A stretch of 64,000 nucleotides of DNA from contig URDG01000001.1 of assembly GCA_900546515.1 (NCBI GenBank), positions 111,049 through 175,048 of the forward strand, read 5' to 3'. The notes beneath the pieces are model-generated. The model was not told where the DNA came from. It saw nothing but the letters and a program-made list of their open reading frames with translations, and made no database searches. A program made the translations under genes and the position numbers. This document shows positions 8,605 to 18,484 of the stretch, one piece after another. The stretch's first letter is position 1, and every line of letters begins with the position of its first letter. Origin of the DNA: an uncultured Eubacteriales bacterium (GTDB lineage: Bacteria; Bacillota; Clostridia; Oscillospirales; Oscillospiraceae).

Positions 8605-10316
8605 TGGTCACTATATCTGAGCTTCAGAGAAAACGCGCCATAAATATCGTCTGGAACAGTGCCGCACGTTACGATTTTCAACCCGATTTCAAATCCTATG
8701 ACGGCGATGGGCGTGCCGACCTGTACTGGAACTGCATTTTTGGCGCAGCACGGAAGCATTATGACTATGCGCAGTTTGTGCCCTTGTTCCGCGCATTCGA
8801 GCAGTACGAGGATTCAGACACCTATGAGGGGCTGATGTGGCTCGGGCTTGAAAACTGTGTGTACCAGAAAGAACTGCCGGAACGGCCGGCACTTCGCAGT
8901 CTGCGCCAGAAATACGCGCAGGAGATAGTAAAAGAATATGCCGGACATGATGATTTTCATCTCTGCGAGGCGCTCACGTGCGCACATTTTTCTCATGTTC
9001 TGGGCCGCGAGCCTGAAATGAACGGTTATGACCGAAAGCTCCTTGATGAGCTGGAATTCACGCCGGATATGACAACGGAGGAAATAGTCGAGCGTACAAA
9101 AGAGCTTTTCACCCGTTGGTTTCAGATAAGTACAGAGGAACGAAAACGCGCTAAGCGCAGGTTGATCACACCCGCTCTGCATAAACGCGGCAAGCGGCAG
9201 GGGACAAGCTCTCTGCGCCGTTTCGGCCTTGGATTGACAGAACATCCTGAAAACGCATACGGCGGCTCAAGTCAGGGACAGGGGCCGGATGCACAGGTAA
9301 AAACAAAGATGTCTGCGGAAGAACTCCGTTCTTTTATGGAGACAAAATACGGCAAGAGCGCGTTCCCGCAGCGTGAAACAGAGAAAATAGAGCAGAGCTT
9401 ATGCTCCGGCAGCCACGCGGCGTGTCATCTTCTGTTTACTAACGGCGAGAGGGTAGATACTTCTAAGATACAAAACGGCTTTGAGGCTCTCTCTCGCCAG
9501 CGCGAGGCGACGCAAATTGCAAAAAACCGCGCATGCTATGAAGCTGACATATGCCGGAATCGAGCTGCGATCGCGTCGCTTACCGGGAAAATACAGAACT
9601 CCGTTCTGCTTCATCTTCAGCCTGCGCCGGTAAAAGCGAATTCAGGCCGGATAAACGGAAGAATGGCATGGCGTGCGGCAGTGCTGAACGATGAGCGTGT
9701 GTTCATCAAAAATGAGCAGGACGACATGGGTGATCTTGCGGTCGATATTCTGCTTGACGCTTCAACATCACAGAAAAACCGTCAGGAGACCGTATCTGCT
9801 CAGGGCTATATGATAGCGGAAAGTCTGGTCAGATGCGGAATCCCGTGCCGTGTGATGTCTTTCTGCTCAATGACAGGCTACACGATAGTCCGTATTTTCC
9901 GCGACTATGACCGTCCTGCTGACAACAGCAAGATTTTTGAATATGTCTCCAACGGCTGCAACCGGGATGGACTGGCGATAGCGGCGGCGCACTATTTAAT
10001 GAACGGCACGCCGTATGAACACAAGCTGCTGATAGTCCTTTCGGATGTAAAGCCGAACGATGTCGTGAAGATAAATGCCCACGGTTCAGATGAGCCGGTA
10101 CCATATGAGCAGGAAGCCGGGATCACGAATACTGCATTTGAAGTCCGGCGTGCGCGGGCTGACGGGATTTCCGTCGTGTGCGTATTTACCGGTGACGACG
10201 AGGATCTTCCGGCTGCAAAAACAGTTTATGGACGCGACTTTGCGCGCATACAGTCACTGGATATGTTGGCGGACACGGTCGGCAAACTGATACAGAACCA
10301 GATCAAGAATCTATAG
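8604..10316 (+). CDS. vWA-domain protein, NorD/CobT-like partner of the AAA_5 ATPase
   Basis: 570 aa. The C-terminal vWA domain has MIDAS motif DILLDASTSQ (DxSxS) and later LSDVKPND. It is translationally coupled to the upstream ATPase. Confidence 0.8.
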   Translation: MVTISELQRKRAINIVWNSAARYDFQPDFKSYDGDGRADLYWNCIFGAARKHYDYAQFVPLFRAFEQYEDSDTYEGLMWLGLENCVYQKELPERPALRSLRQKYAQEIVKEYAGHDDFHLCEALTCAHFSHVLGREPEMNGYDRKLLDELEFTPDMTTEEIVERTKELFTRWFQISTEERKRAKRRLITPALHKRGKRQGTSSLRRFGLGLTEHPENAYGGSSQGQGPDAQVKTKMSAEELRSFMETKYGKSAFPQRETEKIEQSLCSGSHAACHLLFTNGERVDTSKIQNGFEALSRQREATQIAKNRACYEADICRNRAAIASLTGKIQNSVLLHLQPAPVKANSGRINGRMAWRAAVLNDERVFIKNEQDDMGDLAVDILLDASTSQKNRQETVSAQGYMIAESLVRCGIPCRVMSFCSMTGYTIVRIFRDYDRPADNSKIFEYVSNGCNRDGLAIAAAHYLMNGTPYEHKLLIVLSDVKPNDVVKINAHGSDEPVPYEQEAGITNTAFEVRRARADGISVVCVFTGDDEDLPAAKTVYGRDFARIQSLDMLADTVGKLIQNQIKNL

Positions 10317-10318
10317 TA

Positions 10319-10372
10319 AACAAGTTATGCTCCTGCGAAAATAGCTTTTTTCGCAGGAGCATAACTTGTTTT
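10319..10372. terminator. Bidirectional terminator with a very long perfect stem
   Basis: AACAAGTTATGCTCCTGCGAAA (10319-10340) pairs with TTTCGCAGGAGCATAACTTGTT (10349-10370), a 22-bp perfect stem with an 8-nt loop (ATAGCTTT, 10341-10348). It lies between convergent genes. Confidence 0.85.
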
Positions 10373-10392
10373 GCCTATATGCTTCCAAGTAT

Positions 10393-11022
10393 TTATTTCT
10401 TTTCTGAATACAGCGGGAGTATTTTCATAATGCGCTCCACGCAGCCGTCCTCACCGAGCGCTTCCGAATCAAGGGAGAGGTCATACCCGGCGGCATCGCG
10501 CCATTCTTCACCGGTATAATAGTGATAATATGCTGCACGCCGCTTATCTTCAACGCGTATATGTCTTGATATCTCACGCGGAGACCAGGCTAAAGAGTAG
10601 GACGCAACGCGAGCTTCCCGTGCTTCAAGCGGCGCATGGATGAACACACGTAAAAGATCCTTTCTGTCTGCAAGCAGATAATTTGCGCATCGTCCAAGAA
10701 TAATGCAGCTCTCATTCTGCGCCATCTCCTTGATAACTTTTGCCTGGAAAGCAAACAGATTGGCCGTAGAGATATAGTCGTCGCTGTCCGGCGGAAGTAT
10801 CTCGCCGGTATACACCTTTTCGGCGGCCGAGATCATCTCTTTGAAGCCTATGCGTTCGTCCGCAGCGCCGAAAAGCCTTTCGTTAATGCCGCTTACTTCC
10901 TCTGCGCGGCGCAGCAAATCGCGGTCGTAATAGGGAACGTTCAGCGCCTCGGACAGCTTGCGGGTTATATTGTGACCGCCGCTGCCGGTTTCACGCGCGA
11001 TAGTTATAACAAATTTGTCCAT
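10393..11022 (-). CDS. Cytidylate kinase-like family protein
   Basis: MDKFVITIARETGSGGHNI... is the typical start. I trimmed the listed ORF to Met52 because GAGGTGAAAGC precedes that ATG and livF ends at 11036. Confidence 0.8.
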   Translation of the reverse strand: MDKFVITIARETGSGGHNITRKLSEALNVPYYDRDLLRRAEEVSGINERLFGAADERIGFKEMISAAEKVYTGEILPPDSDDYISTANLFAFQAKVIKEMAQNESCIILGRCANYLLADRKDLLRVFIHAPLEAREARVASYSLAWSPREISRHIRVEDKRRAAYYHYYTGEEWRDAAGYDLSLDSEALGEDGCVERIMKILPLYSEKK

Positions 11023-11035
11023 GCTTTCACCTCGT

Positions 11036-11740
11036 TTATGCGCCAAGATACGCTCTGCGCACTCTGTCGTCCTCTGCAAGCTCCGACGCCTTGCCGGACA
11101 TTGATATTTTGCCGGTCTCCAGAACATATGCTCTGTCTGAAACAGCCAGCGCCATTTTCGCGTTCTGCTCAACAAGAAGTATCGTTATCCCGCTCTCGTG
11201 GAGCTGCTGGATGATGGCAAATATCTCCTTGACAAGCAGGGGAGAGAGGCCCATTGACGGCTCATCCATAAGCACGATCGCCGGATCGGTCATAAGCGCG
11301 CGTCCTGTTGCCAGCATCTGCTGTTCGCCGCCTGAGAGCGTTCCGGCAAGTTGACGCCGGCGTTCCTTGAGCCGCGGAAAATGGCTGTATACCTTTTCGA
11401 GGTTTTCGTTTATCCTGCCTGCATCCTTTATTATATATGCGCCCATACGCAGGTTTTCCTCGACAGTCATGCGTGCAAATACGTGCCTTCCCTCCGGTAC
11501 GTGTGAAAGGCCGAGGGAGATTATTTTATCAGGAGATATTTTTTGCAGGTTCTGTCCCTTGAGCTCGATGCTGCCGGAGGAAACGGGGATAAGTCCTGAT
11601 ACGGCATGCAGAGTCGTGGTCTTTCCTGCACCGTTTGCGCCTATGAGCGACACGAGTTCCCCGTCGCCAACGGTGAGAGAAATGCCCTTGATGGCATGAA
11701 CTGCGCCATAAAACACATTTAGATCTTTTATTTCAAGCAT
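11036..11740 (-). CDS. livF: Branched-chain amino acid ABC transporter ATP-binding protein LivF
   Basis: Walker A GANGAGKTT, signature LSGGEQQ, Walker B VLMDEPS. It is last in the livKHMGF gene order. Confidence 0.9.
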   Translation of the reverse strand: MLEIKDLNVFYGAVHAIKGISLTVGDGELVSLIGANGAGKTTTLHAVSGLIPVSSGSIELKGQNLQKISPDKIISLGLSHVPEGRHVFARMTVEENLRMGAYIIKDAGRINENLEKVYSHFPRLKERRRQLAGTLSGGEQQMLATGRALMTDPAIVLMDEPSMGLSPLLVKEIFAIIQQLHESGITILLVEQNAKMALAVSDRAYVLETGKISMSGKASELAEDDRVRRAYLGA

Positions 11741-11752
11741 TTTTCTCTCTCC

Positions 11753-12529
11753 TTATTCGCCGAGATATGCCGCGATGACTCTGGGATTCTTTGCAATCTC
11801 CTCAGGAAGCCCCGCGGCGATCGTCTGGCCGTAGTCAATGACCTGTATGCGCTGGCAGACGTTCATGACAAGCGACATGTCATGCTCTATCAGCAAAATT
11901 GCAACGCCGAAGGTGTCGCGGATGGTGTTGATGCACTCAAGAAGCTCTGCTGTCTCCGTCGGGTTCATGCCTGCTGCCGGCTCATCGAGCAGCAGCACCT
12001 TCATATCCGTCGCCAGTGCGCGCGCTATTTCAAGCTTGCGCTGGCGGCCATAGGGAAGACCGGCTGCCGGGACGTTGGCAACATCGTCAAGGCGGCAGAG
12101 CTTCAGCAGCTCCATTGCTTTGTCCGTGATCTCCTTTTCAGCCTTCCAGAAGCGCGGCGTGCGGAAACTGGCGTCAAACAGGTTGTAATTTGTGTCTTTT
12201 GTGAATGCCGCCTTGACATTGTCTATGACGCTCATTTCCTTGAACAGCCTTATATTCTGAAACGTGCGCGCTATCCCGGCGTGGACAAACTGATAGGTTT
12301 TCTTTCCGTTGAGCGGTACACCGTTGAGCAGGACCGTACCTTCGGTCGGAACATATACACCGGTAAGCAGATTAAAAACCGTAGTCTTTCCTGCGCCGTT
12401 CGGCCCGATAAGACCGATAAGCTCGCCCTGATATATCTTTATGTTGAAATCATTAACGGCTTTCAGGCCGCCGAAGCTGATGCCAAGCTTTTTCGTTTCA
12501 AGTACGGGAACTCGTTCTGTATCAGCCAT
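11753..12529 (-). CDS. livG: Branched-chain amino acid ABC transporter ATP-binding protein LivG
   Basis: GPNGAGKTT, LPYGRQRKLEIARAL and LLLDEPAAG are present. The start is trimmed to MADTERV..., where GGAGG lies upstream and the ATG overlaps the livM stop (ATGGCTGA). Confidence 0.9.
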   Translation of the reverse strand: MADTERVPVLETKKLGISFGGLKAVNDFNIKIYQGELIGLIGPNGAGKTTVFNLLTGVYVPTEGTVLLNGVPLNGKKTYQFVHAGIARTFQNIRLFKEMSVIDNVKAAFTKDTNYNLFDASFRTPRFWKAEKEITDKAMELLKLCRLDDVANVPAAGLPYGRQRKLEIARALATDMKVLLLDEPAAGMNPTETAELLECINTIRDTFGVAILLIEHDMSLVMNVCQRIQVIDYGQTIAAGLPEEIAKNPRVIAAYLGE

Positions 12530-13673
12530 GATTTGCAGCCTCCTTCCGTTCGGCCTTTGCGGCGGCTCTGGCTGCATGTGCAGCCTTAATATCCGGGATA
12601 AGATTCTGCAATGAGAATTCATAGCTGCCGAATATGCCTTTAGGGCGGAACATGATGACGATTATAAGCACCAGAGCATACACAAGCATCGGATATTCAA
12701 ACACACCGCTGACAGAAGCGGGGAGCGCCGAGACCCATGCGCCGTTTTTTATCTGGTAGTTGACGAATAACATTATCACCGCCGAGACTATCGACCCTGT
12801 CATTGAGCCCATGCCGCCAAGAACGACCATGACAACAACAAACGTGGAGTTGAGAATACCACCGTTTGTGAACGCAAAGGACGCCGTAGAAAGCGTTGCA
12901 TTCGCGCAGGCATAGAGAGCGCCGGCAATACCGGCAAAGAATGCAGAATACGCAAATGTCAATACCTTATAGAACGAGGTGTTGATACCGGATGCGGAAG
13001 CTGCGATCTCATCATCGCGTATGGCACGTATGGCACGCCCGTATTTTGAGCGGACGAACATAAACATCAGAGTCAGGCAGATTATCGTGACGAGCAGAGC
13101 GACCCACAGATATGTTACCTTGCCCTTGCTGCCAAAGCCAAGACCGTTTTTATAAAGCGACGCGGCCGCAGAGCCAAGTGCCAGCCCGTCCTGACCGCAG
13201 AAGGGGAGATTGTTGATAACGTTCACGATTATCATGCCGAAGCCGAGGGTTATTATTGCAAGATAGTCGCCCTTGAGGCGAAGCGCGGGAATGCCGAGCA
13301 GTAAACCGACGATCGCCGTGAGAAGTCCGGCAGCGAGTATGCAGCCGAACAGAACAAGAATAAATGCCGCGCCCTTTTGCTCGTCAAATACGCCAGCGCG
13401 CTCACAGGCAAGGCTTATGAGTGCGGCCGTATATGCGCCGATGGCCATAAAGCCGCAATGTCCAAGCGAGAGCTGTCCAAGGAAACCGAGTACAAGATTC
13501 AGTGAGGACGCTAGGATTATCAGGTAGCAGCACTGCCACAGGCAGGGGGCAAGCACAAGCTTGAATGAGCTGCTGCTTCCGACCGAATCCGTAATGATCT
13601 GGAAGACAGTGAACAGCACAACTATCACAGCTATATTGAGAAAATAACCGCGTGCGGTCTTGCTTTTTTTCAT
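12522..13673 (-). CDS. livM: Branched-chain amino acid ABC transporter permease LivM
   Basis: 383-aa polytopic membrane protein. Its position and similarity pattern match LivM-type permeases. ATGA overlap with the livH stop. Confidence 0.9.
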   Translation of the reverse strand: MKKSKTARGYFLNIAVIVVLFTVFQIITDSVGSSSSFKLVLAPCLWQCCYLIILASSLNLVLGFLGQLSLGHCGFMAIGAYTAALISLACERAGVFDEQKGAAFILVLFGCILAAGLLTAIVGLLLGIPALRLKGDYLAIITLGFGMIIVNVINNLPFCGQDGLALGSAAASLYKNGLGFGSKGKVTYLWVALLVTIICLTLMFMFVRSKYGRAIRAIRDDEIAASASGINTSFYKVLTFAYSAFFAGIAGALYACANATLSTASFAFTNGGILNSTFVVVMVVLGGMGSMTGSIVSAVIMLFVNYQIKNGAWVSALPASVSGVFEYPMLVYALVLIIVIMFRPKGIFGSYEFSLQNLIPDIKAAHAARAAAKAERKEAANHG

Positions 13674-14575
13674 ACCTTTTCACCTGCATTTCTACCCAGA
13701 ATACCAGCGGGCTTGATCACAAGAACGATTATTAATATAAGAAAAACAAATGTATCAGCCATGCTGGAGGATATATAGCTTGTGGTAAACGATTCAACAA
13801 GGCCGATGACGATACCGCCGAGAACAGCCCCCGGTATAATACCGATACCGCCGAGAACGGCAGATACAAAAGCCTTCAGGCCAAGGAGAGAGCCCATTGT
13901 TGTATATACTTTCGGATATTGCGCCATGTACATCAGCGCCGCAACCGCCGCAAGGCCCGAGCCGATGGCAAAGGTGAGCAGGATGGTGCGGTTGACATTG
14001 ATCCCCATAAGCGTTGCCGCAGCCTTATCCTCGGACACACAGCGCATTGCACGCCCAAGTCTGGTTTTCTGCGTGAATTCCCAGAGAACGATCATAACGA
14101 CAGCGCTTATCACTATCGTGATAATGGTCGTATATTCCATGGTCACGGAACCGATGGTTATACCGCCCGCAGCGAAAATCTGACTTGAAACTTTAGGGTT
14201 AGGGCCTATTGCCGGTATGGCCTGCGCGAGGTTCTCAAGAAAGAGGCTCATTGCAATAGCCGTTATAAGCGCGGTCATTGCCGTGCCTTTTTTACGCACA
14301 GGACGATAGGCGATCAGCTCCGTCGCCATACCTACAAGCACACATACTACGATCGCCACGGCGACAGCCGCCCACGCCGGCAGACCAAGAGCAAGTACGG
14401 CGGGCACAGCAAATATCATCGTATAGCCGCCGACCATGATAAAATCACCGTGGGCAAAATTTATAAGTCTTATAATACCGTAGACCATTGTATAGCCGAG
14501 GGCTATCAGGGCATAAATGCTGCCAAGTCTCAGCCCGACTATAAGCGTCTGAAAAAATGTACTCACAGCGCACAT
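13670..14575 (-). CDS. livH: Branched-chain amino acid ABC transporter permease LivH
   Basis: The LRLGSIYALIALGYTMVYG block is typical of LivH. The true start may be the GTG at 14566, which has better RBS spacing. Confidence 0.9.
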   Translation of the reverse strand: MCAVSTFFQTLIVGLRLGSIYALIALGYTMVYGIIRLINFAHGDFIMVGGYTMIFAVPAVLALGLPAWAAVAVAIVVCVLVGMATELIAYRPVRKKGTAMTALITAIAMSLFLENLAQAIPAIGPNPKVSSQIFAAGGITIGSVTMEYTTIITIVISAVVMIVLWEFTQKTRLGRAMRCVSEDKAAATLMGINVNRTILLTFAIGSGLAAVAALMYMAQYPKVYTTMGSLLGLKAFVSAVLGGIGIIPGAVLGGIVIGLVESFTTSYISSSMADTFVFLILIIVLVIKPAGILGRNAGEKV

Positions 14576-14675
14576 CCTCTCTGAATGTTTTTACGGCAGT
14601 GTTCACTGTCTGCCGCTGGATAGAACTTTATAACTCATACAGAGCCGCATGTGCGGCTCTGTATGAAAAAGGGAA

Positions 14676-15887
14676 TCATTCCGGAAGCTCGGTCACTACA
14701 TCAAGAAGCTTGGAGGTCACAGAGCTTCCGTCAGACTCAAATGCGATGATAGCTGCGCCCTTTATCGGCGTGCCGCTCTCATCGAGCGAGAACGTACCGG
14801 TAACGCATTCGTAAACGGCGGACGTATCTGCAAGCGCGTCGCGCACGGCCGAGGACTCAGCAGTGCCGGCAGCTTCGATAGCAGCCTTGTACATGTACAT
14901 GCAGTCATAACCGGTAGCTGCGAATGCGCTGGGGACGGAGCCGTATTTTGCTTCATATGCCTTGACAAAAGAAGATACTATCTCAGACGTATCAGAGGGA
15001 TCGTAGTGGTTCGTCCAGAGGACATTGTTGAACGCCGTCAGGTCAGCGCCGTCGACAACGTAATCGGGAGTAGTGTCGTAGCCGTCAGCACCCATTATTA
15101 CACCGGTATAACCGGCTGCGCGCGCTTGGGGAACAACATAGGGGCCAATAACGTCATAGTAAAACGGAGCGTACACGAAGTCTACGCCTGCCTTTACCAT
15201 AGCTGCGAACTGGTTAGTGTAGTCCTGAACATCAAGAGATGCGGTGGACTGCGAATCAACTACCTCAATGCCGTATTTTTCGCAGGCAGAGCTGAAAGAG
15301 TCATACAGTCCCTTGGAGTAAACATCGGCTGCGCAATAGACAACGCCAACTTTATCGTAGCCGGCCTGTTTTGCATATGCCGCCGCGATGGCGCCTTGAA
15401 AACTGTCGGCATAGCAGGCGCGGAATATGTAGTCATCCTCGGTCGTGATAGAGTCTGCGGTTGCTGTCGGCGCGAGCAGGCATATCTCTTCCTCGTTTGC
15501 CGCATCGGTAATAGCGGAGGTGCAGCCGGAGGTCGCCGAGCCGATTATAAGTCCAACGCCCTGTGCGACCAGAGAGTTGAAAGCATTGAGACATTCTGTC
15601 GGGTCGCTCTGGTCATCGGTTTTTATGACCTCGACCTGACGCCCGAGAATACCGCCGGCCGCATTGATCTGCTCGACCGCGAGATCCACGCCGGTGACAA
15701 TGCCGTTGCCATATGCTGCGAGCGCGCCCGTATTAGGTGAAATAACACCGATCACTATTTTATCATCGGAAGCTGCAACGTCTGACGCGGCGTCTGTTTT
15801 TGCAGCTCCGGCTGAGGAGCCGCAGGCCGCCAGACTCAGCATCATACAAGTGACCAGCAGCAGGCTTAAAAAAGATTTTCTTTTCAT
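14676..15887 (-). CDS. livK: Branched-chain amino acid ABC transporter substrate-binding lipoprotein
   Basis: Lipobox LSLAAC-GSS and a type I periplasmic-binding-fold pattern (IGVISPNTGALAAYG...). RBS AAAGGAGGAAG. First gene of the liv operon. Confidence 0.9.
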   Translation of the reverse strand: MKRKSFLSLLLVTCMMLSLAACGSSAGAAKTDAASDVAASDDKIVIGVISPNTGALAAYGNGIVTGVDLAVEQINAAGGILGRQVEVIKTDDQSDPTECLNAFNSLVAQGVGLIIGSATSGCTSAITDAANEEEICLLAPTATADSITTEDDYIFRACYADSFQGAIAAAYAKQAGYDKVGVVYCAADVYSKGLYDSFSSACEKYGIEVVDSQSTASLDVQDYTNQFAAMVKAGVDFVYAPFYYDVIGPYVVPQARAAGYTGVIMGADGYDTTPDYVVDGADLTAFNNVLWTNHYDPSDTSEIVSSFVKAYEAKYGSVPSAFAATGYDCMYMYKAAIEAAGTAESSAVRDALADTSAVYECVTGTFSLDESGTPIKGAAIIAFESDGSSVTSKLLDVVTELPE

Positions 15888-15950
15888 AATATTTCTTCCT
15901 CCTTTGTTTGTTCTCGCTTTTCCACCGCAGTAAATATCCGGGGATTATCT

Positions 15951-15993
15951 CTAAAAAGAGAAGGGCGCGAGACAACCATTGTCTCGCGCCCTT
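15951..15993 (-). terminator. Rho-independent terminator downstream of pfk
   Basis: AAGGGCGCGAGACAA (15961-15975) pairs with TTGTCTCGCGCCCTT (15979-15993), a 15-bp stem. On the minus strand it is followed by CTCTTTTT. Confidence 0.8.
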
Positions 15994-16106
15994 GCGATGG
16001 ACACATTATATGCACATAGTGCACAAAAGTCAAGGCTTCTATTTAGTGAAAATGCGCATGATATGTATTACGATTTCTCATGGATAAAGGAGATATACAC
16101 GGAAGC

Positions 16107-17345
16107 TTATACCAGAACTTTCTTGAGCCGTGCATATCTGGGGAGAGAGTGTTCGCGCGGAAGCATCGGTTCACCCTGTATGAGAGGAAGAACATAATCT
16201 ATAAATTCATGCGTCACGCCGTTACCGGCCTCATTGATCCACTCTCTGGGAATGACCTTCTCGTAGTTTGCGGCAGACGAAAGGGGAACGAGAGTGCATT
16301 TGCAGCTATATTTCCCATCCGCTGTTTCACGCTCGAAAGCTACCATTTTTCCGCTTTCACCGGCCAGTGCAGCTTCTACAGCGGTCTTTCCGGCCAGAAA
16401 TGCCTCGTCAATATCGGTCTGAGACGCAATATGCGAGCCGCAGCGCTGAAGCAGGCTTAGTTCGATCCCGCGTATTTTTGCGCCGGTTAGTGACTTGAGT
16501 TTTGCGGCCAGTGTGGCAGCCAAGCCTCCAAGCTGGACATGACCAAAGCCGTCCGTCGCAGATATTTTTGCTTCGGCAACATATTTTCCGTCCGCAAAAT
16601 GTATGCCCTCCGATACCGCAATAAATGCCCGGCCTTTACTGTGATAAAGATTGAGAACGTCCTCTATGAAATTATCCATGTCAAAATTGCATTCAGGCAG
16701 ATAGATAAGATCCGGCCCGGAGCCGAATTCCGCCGCAAGAGCGGAGCTGGCAGCAAGCCAGCCTGCGTGACGGCCCATTATTTCCACAAGAGTTATAACG
16801 CCGCTGCCATACACATGCACATCCTTGCTCAGTTCCATGCAGGTGGTGGCGATATACTTTGCTGCACTGCCGTAGCCCGGGCAATGATCGGTCCCGATCA
16901 AATCATTGTCGATAGTTTTCGGTACGCCTATGACCCGGCACTCATAACCCACGCAGTCAAGATAACGGCATATTTTATTGCAGGTGTCCATGGAATCATT
17001 TCCGCCGTTATAGAAGAAATAGCGGACGTTATGCTTTTTGAAAACTTCAAGTATACGTTGATAGTCGGCAGGATTTTCTTCTGGATCTGCCATCTTATAC
17101 CGGCATGAACCGAGCTCGGAAGACGGAGTGTTCATCAAAAGCTTCAGCTCGTCGGGATCTTCTTCGTCCATAATATAAAGTTTGCCTTCAAGCACGCCCT
17201 TTATACCGTTTGCCGCCCCGAAAACCCGGGTGATATTCCCGGCTTCCAGAGCCGTTTTTATAACGCCGTATGCACTTGCGTTGATAACGGCTGTAGGTCC
17301 GCCTGATTGTGCAAATATGCACGAACCGACGAGTTGCTCCATCAT
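16107..17345 (-). CDS. pfk: 6-phosphofructokinase, probably PPi-dependent type
   Basis: FAQSGGPTAVINAS, GGNDS and GVPKTIDNDL are present. Asp in the GGxDS block and Lys in PKTIDND are the residues associated with PPi rather than ATP use. The start is trimmed to the ATG after GGAGGA; the listed ORF starts at an upstream TTG. Confidence 0.85.
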   Translation of the reverse strand: MMEQLVGSCIFAQSGGPTAVINASAYGVIKTALEAGNITRVFGAANGIKGVLEGKLYIMDEEDPDELKLLMNTPSSELGSCRYKMADPEENPADYQRILEVFKKHNVRYFFYNGGNDSMDTCNKICRYLDCVGYECRVIGVPKTIDNDLIGTDHCPGYGSAAKYIATTCMELSKDVHVYGSGVITLVEIMGRHAGWLAASSALAAEFGSGPDLIYLPECNFDMDNFIEDVLNLYHSKGRAFIAVSEGIHFADGKYVAEAKISATDGFGHVQLGGLAATLAAKLKSLTGAKIRGIELSLLQRCGSHIASQTDIDEAFLAGKTAVEAALAGESGKMVAFERETADGKYSCKCTLVPLSSAANYEKVIPREWINEAGNGVTHEFIDYVLPLIQGEPMLPREHSLPRYARLKKVLV

Positions 17346-17399
17346 TTTCCCTGTTCCTCCATATGACAAAAAATTTCAGCTTTTGTTTATTGTGCGTAT

Positions 17400-17428
17400 T
17401 GATTATACCTCTATTTGAGGATATAATA
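17400..17428 (+). promoter_or_regulatory. Sigma-A-type promoter candidate for fba
   Basis: TTGATT (17400-17405), 17-nt spacer, TATAAT (17423-17428). RBS AAAGGAG precedes the ATG at 17494. Confidence 0.5.
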
Positions 17429-17493
17429 TAAATGCTGTTTTGTAAATAGCAAACGTGTTGTTAAATATTTAATTTTTAAAGGAGATCTTAAAT

Positions 17494-18429
17494 ATGCCAC
17501 TGGTAACGACCAAGGAAATGTTTAAAAAAGCTTATGAAGGCGGTTACGCGATCGGTGCTTTTAATGTGAATAACATGGAGATCGTTCAGGGTATTACCGA
17601 GGCTGCCAAGGAAGTCAATGCTCCGCTGATACTTCAGGTTTCCAAGGGCGCGCGCGCATATGCCAACCATACTTATCTCGTGAAGCTCGTTGAAGCGGCC
17701 ATTATTGAGACAGGTCTGCCCATTGCGCTGCATCTTGACCACGGCAGTGACTTTGAGCTCTGCAAGTCATGCATCGACGGCGGCTTTACTTCCGTTATGA
17801 TAGACGCTTCATCCAAGCCATTTGAAGAGAATATTGCCGTCACCCGCAAGGTAGTTGAGTATGCACACGATCACGGTGTTGTCGTCGAGGCAGAGCTCGG
17901 CACTCTTGCCGGAATTGAGGATGAGGTTCAGGTCTCCGCAGAGGACAGCTCCTATACCAGACCCGAGGACGTTCAGGAATTTGTTGAGCGTACCGGCTGC
18001 GATTCCCTTGCAATAGCTATCGGCACTTCACATGGCGCATATAAGTTCAAGCCCGGCACCGATCCTCATCTCAGATTTGATATTCTCGAAGAGGTTGAGA
18101 AGCGTCTGCCCGGCTTCCCGATTGTTCTTCATGGCGCGTCTTCCGTTCCGCAGGAGTTTGTCAAGCTGATAAACGAAAACGGCGGCAAGATGCCCGGTGC
18201 GATAGGCGTTCCCGAGGATCAGCTCCGCAAGGCCGCCTCCATGGCAGTCTGCAAGATCAATATCGACTCCGATCTTCGCCTCGCAATGACCGCTTCCATC
18301 CGCAAGTACTTCAACGAGCATCCCGATCAGTTTGATCCGCGTCAGTACCTTGCTCCGGCGCGCACTGCGATCAAGGACATGGTCAAGCACAAGATCGTTG
18401 ACGTCCTCGGCTGCGACGGGAAGGCTTGA
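17494..18429 (+). CDS. fba: Class II fructose-1,6-bisphosphate aldolase
   Basis: 311 aa with YAIGAFNVNNME, LHLDHG, EAELG and HGASS blocks typical of class II FBA. Confidence 0.92.
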   Translation: MPLVTTKEMFKKAYEGGYAIGAFNVNNMEIVQGITEAAKEVNAPLILQVSKGARAYANHTYLVKLVEAAIIETGLPIALHLDHGSDFELCKSCIDGGFTSVMIDASSKPFEENIAVTRKVVEYAHDHGVVVEAELGTLAGIEDEVQVSAEDSSYTRPEDVQEFVERTGCDSLAIAIGTSHGAYKFKPGTDPHLRFDILEEVEKRLPGFPIVLHGASSVPQEFVKLINENGGKMPGAIGVPEDQLRKAASMAVCKINIDSDLRLAMTASIRKYFNEHPDQFDPRQYLAPARTAIKDMVKHKIVDVLGCDGKA

Positions 18430-18484
18430 TCGCTGCTGAAAGACATATAATATAATCTATAATCCAAGCGGGAGGAGGTAAGAG

